Positions 10,897 through 19,332 of a DNA stretch of 43,949 nucleotides are shown here, piece after piece. The stretch is from Clostridiales bacterium UBA1779 (GTDB lineage: Bacteria; Bacillota; Clostridia; Oscillospirales; CAG-272), in contig DCGL01000010.1 of NCBI GenBank assembly GCA_002314565.1, positions 1 through 43,949 on the forward strand, in the 5' to 3' direction. The position numbers and the translations under genes were made by a program. The notes under the pieces were generated by a model. The model saw nothing but the letters and a program-made list of their open reading frames with translations. It did no database searches and was not told where the DNA came from. The stretch's first letter is position 1, and each line of letters begins with the position of its first letter.

Positions 10897-12099
10897 ATGA
10901 GTACAAACGAGCGTAAATTCGGAACAATTTCCAGAGGCGTACGCTGCCCCATCATCAGAGAGGGTGACGACCTTTCCGTAATCATCACGGACAGTCTTCT
11001 CGAAGCTGCAAAGTCAGAGAACGTTGAATTCCGTGACAGAGACGTCGTTGCCATGACTGAATCCATCGTAGCCCGTGCACAGGGAAACTATGCCACGGTC
11101 GACGACATCGCCGCTGACGTAAAGGCAAAGCTCGGCGGGGAAACCGTCGGCGTAATTTTCCCGATTCTTTCCCGTAACCGCTTCGCAATCTGCCTGCGCG
11201 GTATTGCCAGAGGCGCAAAGAAAATCGTTCTTATGTTCAGCTATCCTTCCGACGAGGTCGGAAATGCTCTGGTCAGCCTCGACAAAATCGATGCTGCCGG
11301 CGTAAATCCCTACTCAGACGTTCTGGATATCAAAAAGTACCGTGAACTCTTCGGCTATGAAAAGCACGAATTCACCGGTGTTGATTACGTCCAGTATTAC
11401 ACGGACCTCATTCACGAAGAGGGAGCCGAGGTCGAAATCGTTTTTGCAAACCAGGCAAAGACAATTCTGAATTATACAAAGAACGTCATCAACTGCGATA
11501 TTCACACCAGAGCCCGCACCAAGAGAATTCTGAAAGCCGCAGGAGCCGAAAGAGTATTCGGCCTTGACGATATAATGAATGCCCCCGTAAACGGCTCGGG
11601 CTGCAACGAAAAGTACGGACTGCTCGGTTCAAACAAGTCCACAGAGGACAAGGTAAAGCTTTTCCCGAGAGAATGCAAGGATCTCGTTCTTGCCATTCAG
11701 GAGAACCTGCTTGAAAAGACCGGTAAACACGTTGAGGTTATGGTCTATGGCGACGGTGCCTTCAAGGATCCCCAGGGAAAAATCTGGGAGCTTGCAGACC
11801 CGGTCGTATCTCCCGCCTTCACTGACGGTCTTATCGGAACACCGAACGAACTCAAACTCAAGTACCTTGCCGATAACGATTACAAGGATCTTTCCGGCGA
11901 AGCTCTCAGAAAGGCCATTTCAGAGTCTATTAAAAACAAGGCCGGCAACTTGAAGGGAACGATGGCAACACAGGGAACCACTCCGAGACAGCTTACCGAC
12001 CTCATCGGTTCGCTCTGCGACCTGACCTCAGGTTCCGGCGACAAGGGAACCCCCGTCGTCTGGATTCAGGGCTATTTCGACAACTACACCACAGACTGA
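10897..12099 (+). CDS. CofE-like (F420-0:gamma-glutamyl ligase family) protein of unknown substrate
   Basis: The N-terminus FGTISRGVRCPIIREGDDL and the 400-aa length match my recollection of the Firmicutes proteins annotated as F420 ligase-like. SD GGAAGGA upstream. Confidence 0.45.
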   Translation: MSTNERKFGTISRGVRCPIIREGDDLSVIITDSLLEAAKSENVEFRDRDVVAMTESIVARAQGNYATVDDIAADVKAKLGGETVGVIFPILSRNRFAICLRGIARGAKKIVLMFSYPSDEVGNALVSLDKIDAAGVNPYSDVLDIKKYRELFGYEKHEFTGVDYVQYYTDLIHEEGAEVEIVFANQAKTILNYTKNVINCDIHTRARTKRILKAAGAERVFGLDDIMNAPVNGSGCNEKYGLLGSNKSTEDKVKLFPRECKDLVLAIQENLLEKTGKHVEVMVYGDGAFKDPQGKIWELADPVVSPAFTDGLIGTPNELKLKYLADNDYKDLSGEALRKAISESIKNKAGNLKGTMATQGTTPRQLTDLIGSLCDLTSGSGDKGTPVVWIQGYFDNYTTD

Positions 12100-12366
12100 G
12101 CGTCAGTCTGACTCCAAATTTCGGTCAAAAGCCGGTTTTTGAGTCAATTTCTTCATTATTATTATATATAAGAATGCAGAACGGGAAAATAAGCGTGAAA
12201 CTGCAGGCCGGGCGGCGCACGGAAGCGCAAAACACAATATGATGTGTGAGAACGGCAGGCGGAGACACAAAATATAGTAAACGAGCTGTCCGAGGGAAGC
12301 GGATGGAACAATTTACATATTTTTAAGATATCTTTTTGCTTTTTATATAAAAAAAATAGAAAAATG

Positions 12367-12395
12367 TTGACAAAAGGATTGGCTTGTGATAAAAT
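12367..12395 (+). promoter_or_regulatory. Sigma-70-type promoter of the cohesin/dockerin cluster
   Basis: TTGACA, 17-nt spacer, TGaTAAAAT (extended -10), preceded by a T-run/A-run UP-like element at 12340-12366. Confidence 0.6.
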
Positions 12396-12454
12396 ATGAT
12401 AAACTTATGGTGCCATAAAGGCATCAAATACATTTTTCACTAAGGAGACGAAAG

Positions 12455-15400
12455 ATGAAAAGAACTCTCTCTAAGGTACTTTCATGCATTCTTGCTGTCA
12501 TGATGGTCCTGAGCGTCGTTTCAGTCGGTGCTTTCGCAGCCACAGGCTGTGGTGAAGGCAAGCACGTCAGCGACGGCAAGGTCTATGGCACAGATTCAGG
12601 AAAGTACTGCTATGACTACAGCTTTGTCACTTATAAGTGCGTAGTATGTAATCAGTATTATGCTGTTTACACCCGTGCTCTCAATGCTGCATGTCATTCC
12701 GCTTCCGATGACACGGTCATCAAACACGCAAAAGTAAACGCTACTTGCAAGGCTCTCGGAACTGAAGAGTACTACGAGTGCACAGTCTGCGGATGGAAGT
12801 CCACAGACGGAACAGCCGCCGGCATGTTCACTGATATGAAGACAGTTGAAATTGCCAAGGTTACTGCTCACAATTACGTTGCCGATCTCAAATCCATTGT
12901 TGCTCCTAAGATTAGCGGCACAACATACACCAAGGGTTCAATGAACTATGTCTGCTCTATCTGCGGTGACTCAAAGAAGATTACAATCACCTGCAATCAT
13001 GAGAATGACTATGATTCTACCAATAAGGAATACAAGTACAGCACAACTTATTGGACAAAGCTCACAAATTCTGATACTGTTACAAACTATGTTAAAGGAA
13101 GCTGCACAGCCAACGGATATCAGAAGTGGCAGTGCAAAGAGTGCGGACTTGTCATCACTCAGACTCTGACCAAGGCTCACGAACAGGATGACACAACATA
13201 CAAGAAGGTTAATGCAACTTGCACAACCGAAGGTTACGAATCTTATGTATGCTCAGTATGTAAAGTTACAGTTACAACAACACTCGCAAAGCTTAATCAT
13301 AAGGATGGATCAAAATCCAAACTTACAGAAACCAAAGCAACCTGCACTAAAAACTCACAGTGGTATTGCTCAATTTGTAAAACCACATATGATAATAAGG
13401 TCCTTAACGGCGTTGACAATATGCTCAATCATCCCGGCAAGGTTGCTCTTACAGATTCCAACGTGAAATCAGCAGCCTGCGGCAAGGATATCAAGTATTA
13501 TGCTGCATACTATTGCGCAACCTGCGCCAAGAATAAACAGAACGTTACTGTTGCCGGTGCTGTAATCCCTGAGTATAAAGTAGACGATAAGGTTCAGACC
13601 TATGGTTTCGTATGGCTTGAGGAAGCAACCGGTACAACTCACAACTTCACATACAAGGTATGGGAAGGAACAGTCGGTTCAACAACACTCAAGAAGACAA
13701 CCTGCGTTGCTGACGGTTACTACGTACTTCAGTGCACAAAGTGCGAAAAGTATGCTGATGCCAACGGAAACGCTGCCGCTTTAGCCTCTGCAAAGGTTTA
13801 CACCGAAGCTAAGTCTGATGATTATCACAACAAGTTTGAAGTCAGCATCATTATTGCTGCAAACTGCTCCAACCCCGGTGAAAGACAGATTGCCTGCACA
13901 TACTGCAGCAAGCTCGACGGTACTCGTGAAGTTATTCCCGCTACCGGTCATAAGGGCAACGGAACAGTAAGAACCATCAGAGAAGCTACCTGCCTCGAAA
14001 CAGGTGCTGAGGTTCAGTCCTGCTCAGTATGTAAGCAGGAATTCATCGTATCCCTCAAGGCTCTCAGCCACGATTATTCCCTGACTTATAAGAAGGCTTC
14101 CGCAACCTGCACAACAGTTGGTTACTCAGCCGATACAAAGTACTGCTCACGTTGCGGTACACTTCAGACTCCCGGCAACCTGATTGCCGCCAAGGATCAT
14201 ACTTATGTATATGTTGATCATGTACAGGGTAAGGACGAATCTGCCGCCAAGACCTGCACAACAAAGGGATTCACAGTAAATTCCGGTGCTGCTTCCGGCA
14301 AGGGCTGGTACTGCAATGTTAAGAATTGCGGTGCTACCGACGGAACAATAGTTACAGCTTGTGTAAACAGCCTGGGACACGACTCAGCAAAAGCTTATGA
14401 AAACGTATCAGGCAAAACCGCTTGCGGAACTGTAAACTATGTAACATATATCTGCTCAAGATGCGGATTTAACGGTGGTTCCAATAAGATTGTTAAGTTC
14501 AAGCAGAACGCTGCTCACACTCTCGTAGCTGTTGCCGCCACAACAGGCAGCTCTTCCTACTACGTAGAGGATCTCGACAGAACAGTAGTAATTGGTTCCG
14601 GTGCTCAGGCTAAGGTTGATGCTTCTTGCGCAACCATCGGCTTCACCATCGTAAAGTGCTCAACTTGCGGCAACTACTACTCATCCAACAAGGTCGCCAA
14701 GCTTGCTCACGTAAACAAGGCCGGCCAGTCATTCAACGAAGTTGTTGATTCAACTGCTATCCTTTGCGTTGAAGGCGTTACAGATTATGTCTGCGTAAAT
14801 GCCTGCTGCAAGGAAAACAAGACTCAGAAGAACTATGCCGAGTTCGTAAAGCATGGTGCAGAAGCTGTTAAGACTGCTCAGTATGCTCCTACTTGCACAA
14901 CTCCCGGTTATGAAGTTCTCGCTTATGAGTGCTGCCATACATACTTCACCAATAAGATTGCCGAGCAGATTTCTCACTCAATGGTTGATAATGTCGTCGC
15001 CGGCGTCGTAGTTTCCAAGTCCTGCTCCGCTTGCGGCTACACTGTAGTCCTTAAGGCTGCTGAACTTGAGTATGTATACGAAATCAAGGCCAATGCCGTT
15101 AATAACGGTAAGCTTGCCGTAACAGTATCCGTTAAGGCTACAAGCTCCGCTATCAGCGTCTGGTCCGTTTCCGATAAGTTCAACGTACCTGCCGGCTTCA
15201 CCTTTGATAAGGTTGTTGCTGCCAATGGTATCTTCGATGTTGTATCCGCTGTTTACGGTCAGGATACTCACGTAGAAAAGACCAAGGTCGGTGAGATGAA
15301 CAACGTTGTCTACTACGAAGACAAGACCATCGTAGATGACAGATACGTAACATTCGTAGCTCGTAACTCCAAGCTCGCTAATGTAACAGTTAACGGAACT

Positions 15401-15799
15401 GTAGAACTTGCTACAATTTACTTCAACATTGCCGATGATGCTGTTGCATACGGCACTTCCTCAACAGAGTTTGACTTTGTTGTAAAGCCTGCTTACAAGA
15501 CATCCAAGGCTGTTTCCGCCGCCACTGCTGCCGGTAAGGAAATCTCCATCACCGCTGATGATTACTCCGGCGTTGCATTCAAGGTAACTGTATACAACCT
15601 CGGTGATATCAACCATGACGGTTATGTAAATATCCTTGACTTCGCTAAGGTTCTCGCTGCATTCGATGCATTCGCCGATGCTGCCGATATGCCCGAAGCT
15701 GACATCAACTGCGATGGCGTTATCGACGCTGCCGACGTTGCTCTCATTGAAAAGTTCGTAACAGGTGCCATCACCTACGAACAGATGATTGCCGGTTAA
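12455..15799 (+). CDS. Secreted Cys-repeat protein with a cohesin-like domain and a C-terminal dockerin
   Basis: Signal peptide ends at VGAFA|AT. About 16-17 modules of C-x(7-11)-C-x2-C ... H cover aa 30-855. A cohesin-like beta domain covers aa about 858-1040. A two-segment dockerin follows (GDINHDGYVNILDF ... ADINCDGVIDAADV). SD AAGGAG upstream. Confidence 0.8.
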   Translation: MKRTLSKVLSCILAVMMVLSVVSVGAFAATGCGEGKHVSDGKVYGTDSGKYCYDYSFVTYKCVVCNQYYAVYTRALNAACHSASDDTVIKHAKVNATCKALGTEEYYECTVCGWKSTDGTAAGMFTDMKTVEIAKVTAHNYVADLKSIVAPKISGTTYTKGSMNYVCSICGDSKKITITCNHENDYDSTNKEYKYSTTYWTKLTNSDTVTNYVKGSCTANGYQKWQCKECGLVITQTLTKAHEQDDTTYKKVNATCTTEGYESYVCSVCKVTVTTTLAKLNHKDGSKSKLTETKATCTKNSQWYCSICKTTYDNKVLNGVDNMLNHPGKVALTDSNVKSAACGKDIKYYAAYYCATCAKNKQNVTVAGAVIPEYKVDDKVQTYGFVWLEEATGTTHNFTYKVWEGTVGSTTLKKTTCVADGYYVLQCTKCEKYADANGNAAALASAKVYTEAKSDDYHNKFEVSIIIAANCSNPGERQIACTYCSKLDGTREVIPATGHKGNGTVRTIREATCLETGAEVQSCSVCKQEFIVSLKALSHDYSLTYKKASATCTTVGYSADTKYCSRCGTLQTPGNLIAAKDHTYVYVDHVQGKDESAAKTCTTKGFTVNSGAASGKGWYCNVKNCGATDGTIVTACVNSLGHDSAKAYENVSGKTACGTVNYVTYICSRCGFNGGSNKIVKFKQNAAHTLVAVAATTGSSSYYVEDLDRTVVIGSGAQAKVDASCATIGFTIVKCSTCGNYYSSNKVAKLAHVNKAGQSFNEVVDSTAILCVEGVTDYVCVNACCKENKTQKNYAEFVKHGAEAVKTAQYAPTCTTPGYEVLAYECCHTYFTNKIAEQISHSMVDNVVAGVVVSKSCSACGYTVVLKAAELEYVYEIKANAVNNGKLAVTVSVKATSSAISVWSVSDKFNVPAGFTFDKVVAANGIFDVVSAVYGQDTHVEKTKVGEMNNVVYYEDKTIVDDRYVTFVARNSKLANVTVNGTVELATIYFNIADDAVAYGTSSTEFDFVVKPAYKTSKAVSAATAAGKEISITADDYSGVAFKVTVYNLGDINHDGYVNILDFAKVLAAFDAFADAADMPEADINCDGVIDAADVALIEKFVTGAITYEQMIAG

Positions 15800-15835
15800 T
15801 CCGCAATCTGCGTTTAGAATTACGAGGTAACTGTA

Positions 15836-16594
15836 ATGCGTACAACTAAAATTGTTTCGCTCATCATGGTTGCTGTACTGATTTGCTTCGCTTCTGTCCC
15901 TGCATTCGCAGAGGATGTACTGTTTACAACAACAGCTGCTCCTTACGATGTACTGACAGCTAACGCAGCAACAATATCCCTCGTTCTCGCAGAAGAGGCT
16001 TCGGCCTCTTCCGCGAAGGCGGGCGAAACTGTTGAAATCAGCGTAGCAGCCGAGCAGGGTATCCCCGGTCTTTATGCTATGGAATTTACTGTTGGCTTTG
16101 ATGCTGCAAAGTTCGCTTTCGTTGCCTGCAACGCCTGCGATGCTCTTAATGCTGACGGCGTAAAAGTAAATTACAAAGCTACTGCAAACAGCGTTATCGT
16201 CAGAGTAAACGCTTACGAAACCGTAAATCAGGGTCTTTACACTGCTGACAAGACAGAACTTGTCAAAATCACTCTCACTGCTCTCAAGGATATGGATAAG
16301 TTTGACGGTGTTGTTACACTGAAGGGCGGAAACCAGGCCTCTAAGAACGGTGATGTCGAAGTAATAGCCAAGAGCATTATCTCTGTTGTTTACGGTGACG
16401 TAAATGCTGACGGTAATGTGGGTGATATCTTCGACCTTCTCACACTTAAAAAATATTTGTCTGATTCCACTGTAGCCATCAATGTTGCAAATGCTGACGT
16501 TACCGCCGATGGATCAGTTGATGTTACGGATCTTGTCAGACTTAAAAAGTTCGTTGCCGGTGTAACCGGAACCGTACTTGGTCCCAAAGCATAA
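15836..16594 (+). CDS. Secreted cohesin-dockerin adaptor protein
   Basis: Signal peptide ends at VPAFA|ED. Cohesin-like domain includes GETVEISVAAEQGIPGLYAMEFTVGFDAAKFAFV. Dockerin is YGDVNADGNVGDIFDL ... ADVTADGSVDVTDLVRLKKFV. Confidence 0.8.
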   Translation: MRTTKIVSLIMVAVLICFASVPAFAEDVLFTTTAAPYDVLTANAATISLVLAEEASASSAKAGETVEISVAAEQGIPGLYAMEFTVGFDAAKFAFVACNACDALNADGVKVNYKATANSVIVRVNAYETVNQGLYTADKTELVKITLTALKDMDKFDGVVTLKGGNQASKNGDVEVIAKSIISVVYGDVNADGNVGDIFDLLTLKKYLSDSTVAINVANADVTADGSVDVTDLVRLKKFVAGVTGTVLGPKA

Positions 16595-16614
16595 TTCAAA
16601 GAGGTAACTGAGTA

Positions 16615-17577
16615 ATGAAGAAGATTTTTGCTATTATCCTCTCTGTAATGATGGTTGCTTCACTTGCAATTATTGCTTCTGCTGAAACACCTCTTACAGC
16701 CACAGCACCTGCAACAACAGTTGCTTCTGCTGATTTCACTACAATCACTGCTACCCCCGACAAGACAAGCGTCTCTGCCAAGGGTGACAAGATTGTTGTT
16801 AACTACGTTGTTTCCAACAATGCCGGTATCATGGTTCTTACCATGGGCCGCATTTCCACAGTTGTTCCTACAGGTCTTACTCTCGTTGACGAGAAGGACG
16901 GCGGTCTGTTTGGCGCTCCTACTACCGGTGCAAATAATGTTCTTTACCTTATGGATGCCGATAGCAAGGCCAACGGAATTCTTTACACTGCTACGTTTGA
17001 AGTAGCTGTCGATGTCAAGGAAGGCGATACATTCACTTTCTCAGTACCGACAATTGTTGCTGCAAACTACAATGAGCAGGCTGTTCAGGTAAACTGTGTT
17101 AACGCTACAGTATCAAAGGCTGCTTGCACTCATGCCAACACGGAAGTTCGCGGCAAGGTCAATGCCAGCTGCACACAGTCCGGTTATACCGGTGATACTT
17201 ATTGCAAGGATTGCGGCAAGAAGATAGCTGAAGGTACAGTTATCGGTCAGTTCCTCCACACCGGCGGAACTGCCACCTGCACCAAGAAGGCTGTCTGCAC
17301 TCTTTGCAAGCAGGAGTATGGTAATGTAAATGCTGATAACCATCCCGGAACAAAGGTCGTCAACGTCAAGGCTGCAACCTCCACAACTGAAGGTTACACC
17401 GGTGACACAGTCTGCACAGACTGCGGAAAGACACTTAAGAAGGGCGAAGCTATCGCTAAGATTATCAATCCCCCCACAAACGATAATTCCATCGTAACCA
17501 TTGCTGTCATTGCCGTTCTCGGTATTGCTGCAATCGCCGGTGCTGCTGTCGTTTACAATAAGAGAAGAGAGTTCTGA
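16615..17577 (+). CDS. Membrane-anchored cohesin protein with Cys-repeat modules
   Basis: Signal peptide, a cohesin-like domain, three modules of the same C...CxxC...H type (SCTQSGYTGDTYCKDCG...H), and a C-terminal TM helix plus KRREF stop-transfer. No LPXTG motif and no dockerin. Confidence 0.75.
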   Translation: MKKIFAIILSVMMVASLAIIASAETPLTATAPATTVASADFTTITATPDKTSVSAKGDKIVVNYVVSNNAGIMVLTMGRISTVVPTGLTLVDEKDGGLFGAPTTGANNVLYLMDADSKANGILYTATFEVAVDVKEGDTFTFSVPTIVAANYNEQAVQVNCVNATVSKAACTHANTEVRGKVNASCTQSGYTGDTYCKDCGKKIAEGTVIGQFLHTGGTATCTKKAVCTLCKQEYGNVNADNHPGTKVVNVKAATSTTEGYTGDTVCTDCGKTLKKGEAIAKIINPPTNDNSIVTIAVIAVLGIAAIAGAAVVYNKRREF

Positions 17578-17651
17578 TAGATCCATGTCAGGAAACTGAC
17601 AGTGGGCAGTGGCTCAGCCACTGCCCACACTCTCTTCAAAAAATCAAACCT

Positions 17652-17678
17652 GCTCACTTGAGAAGTGAGCCTTTTTTT
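17652..17678 (+). terminator. Intrinsic terminator after the cohesin cluster
   Basis: GCTCACTT gag AAGTGAGC followed by CTTTTTTT. It is preceded by a 12-bp hairpin at 17602-17628. Confidence 0.8.
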
Positions 17679-17680
17679 AT

Positions 17681-17719
17681 GTCCTGAGAACGTTTATGTC
17701 TCAGGGCTTTCTTTTTTTA
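17681..17719 (+). terminator. Second intrinsic terminator
   Basis: CCTGAGA ... TCTCAGG stem followed by a TTTCTTTTTTT run. Confidence 0.65.
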
Positions 17720-17739
17720 TAAAAAAACAAAGAAAAATG

Positions 17740-17768
17740 TTGCAATTATCTATGTAATGTATTATAAT
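17740..17768 (+). promoter_or_regulatory. dcw-cluster (mraZ) promoter
   Basis: TTGCAA, 17-nt spacer, TATAAT, with an upstream A/T-tract UP-like element. Confidence 0.6.
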
Positions 17769-17881
17769 ATAGCAAAGAGGTTTAAATAGGTGGAAAAATC
17801 CCTGAAAAAGTTGATTTTCCCACAGATTTATCCACTTCCTGTGTAAAACTTCGTATATTTTCGGAAAGGAGGACGGTTTTG

Positions 17882-18322
17882 ATGAACGAAAGCATACCGG
17901 TATTAAGTAAATATCCGTATAATATTGATAAAAAGAACCGTCTTTTTATTCCGAGTAAAATTAAAGAAGCTCTCGGTGACCCGATAATAATCGGTCCTGA
18001 TATGAGAGAAGATGCTCTCGTAATCTATTCTCTTGAAGAATGGCAGAAAATCAACGAGAAGATTGAAAAATTACCGGCAAGAGAAAGAGATATCCTGCTG
18101 CATGCTTTCAACTCAAATTGTGATACTTTCACCCCGGATACACAAGGAAGAATTACCTTGAATCAGGTACTTGTTGATCGTGCGCATCTTGACGGTTCTG
18201 TCATTATTGAGGGCCTTGGTAAAAAAGCAAGAATCTGGAATTCAGAAACGTTCAATAAGCGCTTTACTGTCGAAGTGGATGCTGAAGCCATTGCTGATCT
18301 TGCCGATAAAGCCGATATCTGA
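17882..18322 (+). CDS. mraZ: Transcriptional regulator MraZ
   Basis: Two SpoVT/AbrB-like halves (DKKNRLFIPSKIKEAL and DTQGRITLNQVL). It is the first gene of the dcw cluster. SD GGAAAGGAGG upstream. Confidence 0.9.
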   Translation: MNESIPVLSKYPYNIDKKNRLFIPSKIKEALGDPIIIGPDMREDALVIYSLEEWQKINEKIEKLPARERDILLHAFNSNCDTFTPDTQGRITLNQVLVDRAHLDGSVIIEGLGKKARIWNSETFNKRFTVEVDAEAIADLADKADI

Positions 18323-18348
18323 TAATTAACGTTTGTTGTATTTAAGTT

Positions 18349-19317
18349 ATGTGTACGAATAATACGCTCCAGCCTGAAAATAATGATTTTCATCATATTC
18401 CGGTGCTTCTGAATGAAGTAATTGACGGACTTGATATTAAGCCTGACGGGATATACGTAGACGGAACTGCCGGTGGTGCAGGTCATTCCTCTGAAATTGC
18501 AAAAAGGCTGTCAGATAAAGGAAGATTGATTGCGATTGACCAGGACGAAACGGCAATATATACTGCAACAGTGAGACTGTCTGTTTTCGGCAGCAGGGCA
18601 ACTGTTATAAAGTCAAATTTTGTCAATATGAAAAAGGTATGCAATGACCTCGGAATTGATAAAATTGACGGGTTCCTCCTGGATCTCGGTGTATCGTCAT
18701 ATCAACTTGATACACCAGAGAGAGGTTTTTCATATAACTATGACGCCCCTCTGTCAATGAAAATGGATCAGTCTGCCGGACTTGATGCGTATTTCGTAGT
18801 TAATTCTTATTCAAAAGAAGATTTGTGCCGTATTCTGACAGATTACGGTGAAGAGAAGTTCGCATATAGAATTGCGGACAGAATATGCCGGGAGCGTGAG
18901 ATCAGACCGATCGAAACCACTCTCGGACTTTGTGATATTATAAAAAAAGCACTTCCCGACGGGGGGAAGAGTCAGAATCATAATCCGTGTATGCGTACCT
19001 TTCAGGCTATACGTATTGAAGTAAATCATGAAATTGATATAATTCCCCAAGCACTGACGGATGCCGTTGACTTGCTGAAACGCGGCGGAAGAGGCTGTGT
19101 TATTACTTTTCACTCGGTAGAAGACAGAGCTGTAAAGGAAGGATTTAAAAATCTGATGGGCGGATGTATCTGTCCGAGAAACCTTCCCGTATGCGTATGC
19201 GGAAGAAAACCGCTGATTGAGTCAGTAACGAAGAAGCCGGTAGTGCCTTCGGAAGAAGAACTGAAAATCAATTCGCGCAGTCACAGTGCAAAATTGAGAA
19301 TTGTTGAAAAACTGTAA
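18349..19317 (+). CDS. rsmH: 16S rRNA (cytosine1402-N4)-methyltransferase
   Basis: HIPVLLNEV, DGTAGGAGHS, DLGVSSYQLD and SFHSVEDR motifs. Confidence 0.95.
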   Translation: MCTNNTLQPENNDFHHIPVLLNEVIDGLDIKPDGIYVDGTAGGAGHSSEIAKRLSDKGRLIAIDQDETAIYTATVRLSVFGSRATVIKSNFVNMKKVCNDLGIDKIDGFLLDLGVSSYQLDTPERGFSYNYDAPLSMKMDQSAGLDAYFVVNSYSKEDLCRILTDYGEEKFAYRIADRICREREIRPIETTLGLCDIIKKALPDGGKSQNHNPCMRTFQAIRIEVNHEIDIIPQALTDAVDLLKRGGRGCVITFHSVEDRAVKEGFKNLMGGCICPRNLPVCVCGRKPLIESVTKKPVVPSEEELKINSRSHSAKLRIVEKL

Positions 19318-19332
19318 GAGAGGCAGACTGTA

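Noticed and set aside
12150-12330. Purine-rich 180-nt stretch upstream of the cohesin promoter containing a 22-codon ORF
   Set aside because: It has no SD, no recognisable structure or repeat, and lies upstream of the predicted promoter. I treated it as spacer DNA, although an sRNA cannot be excluded without expression data.
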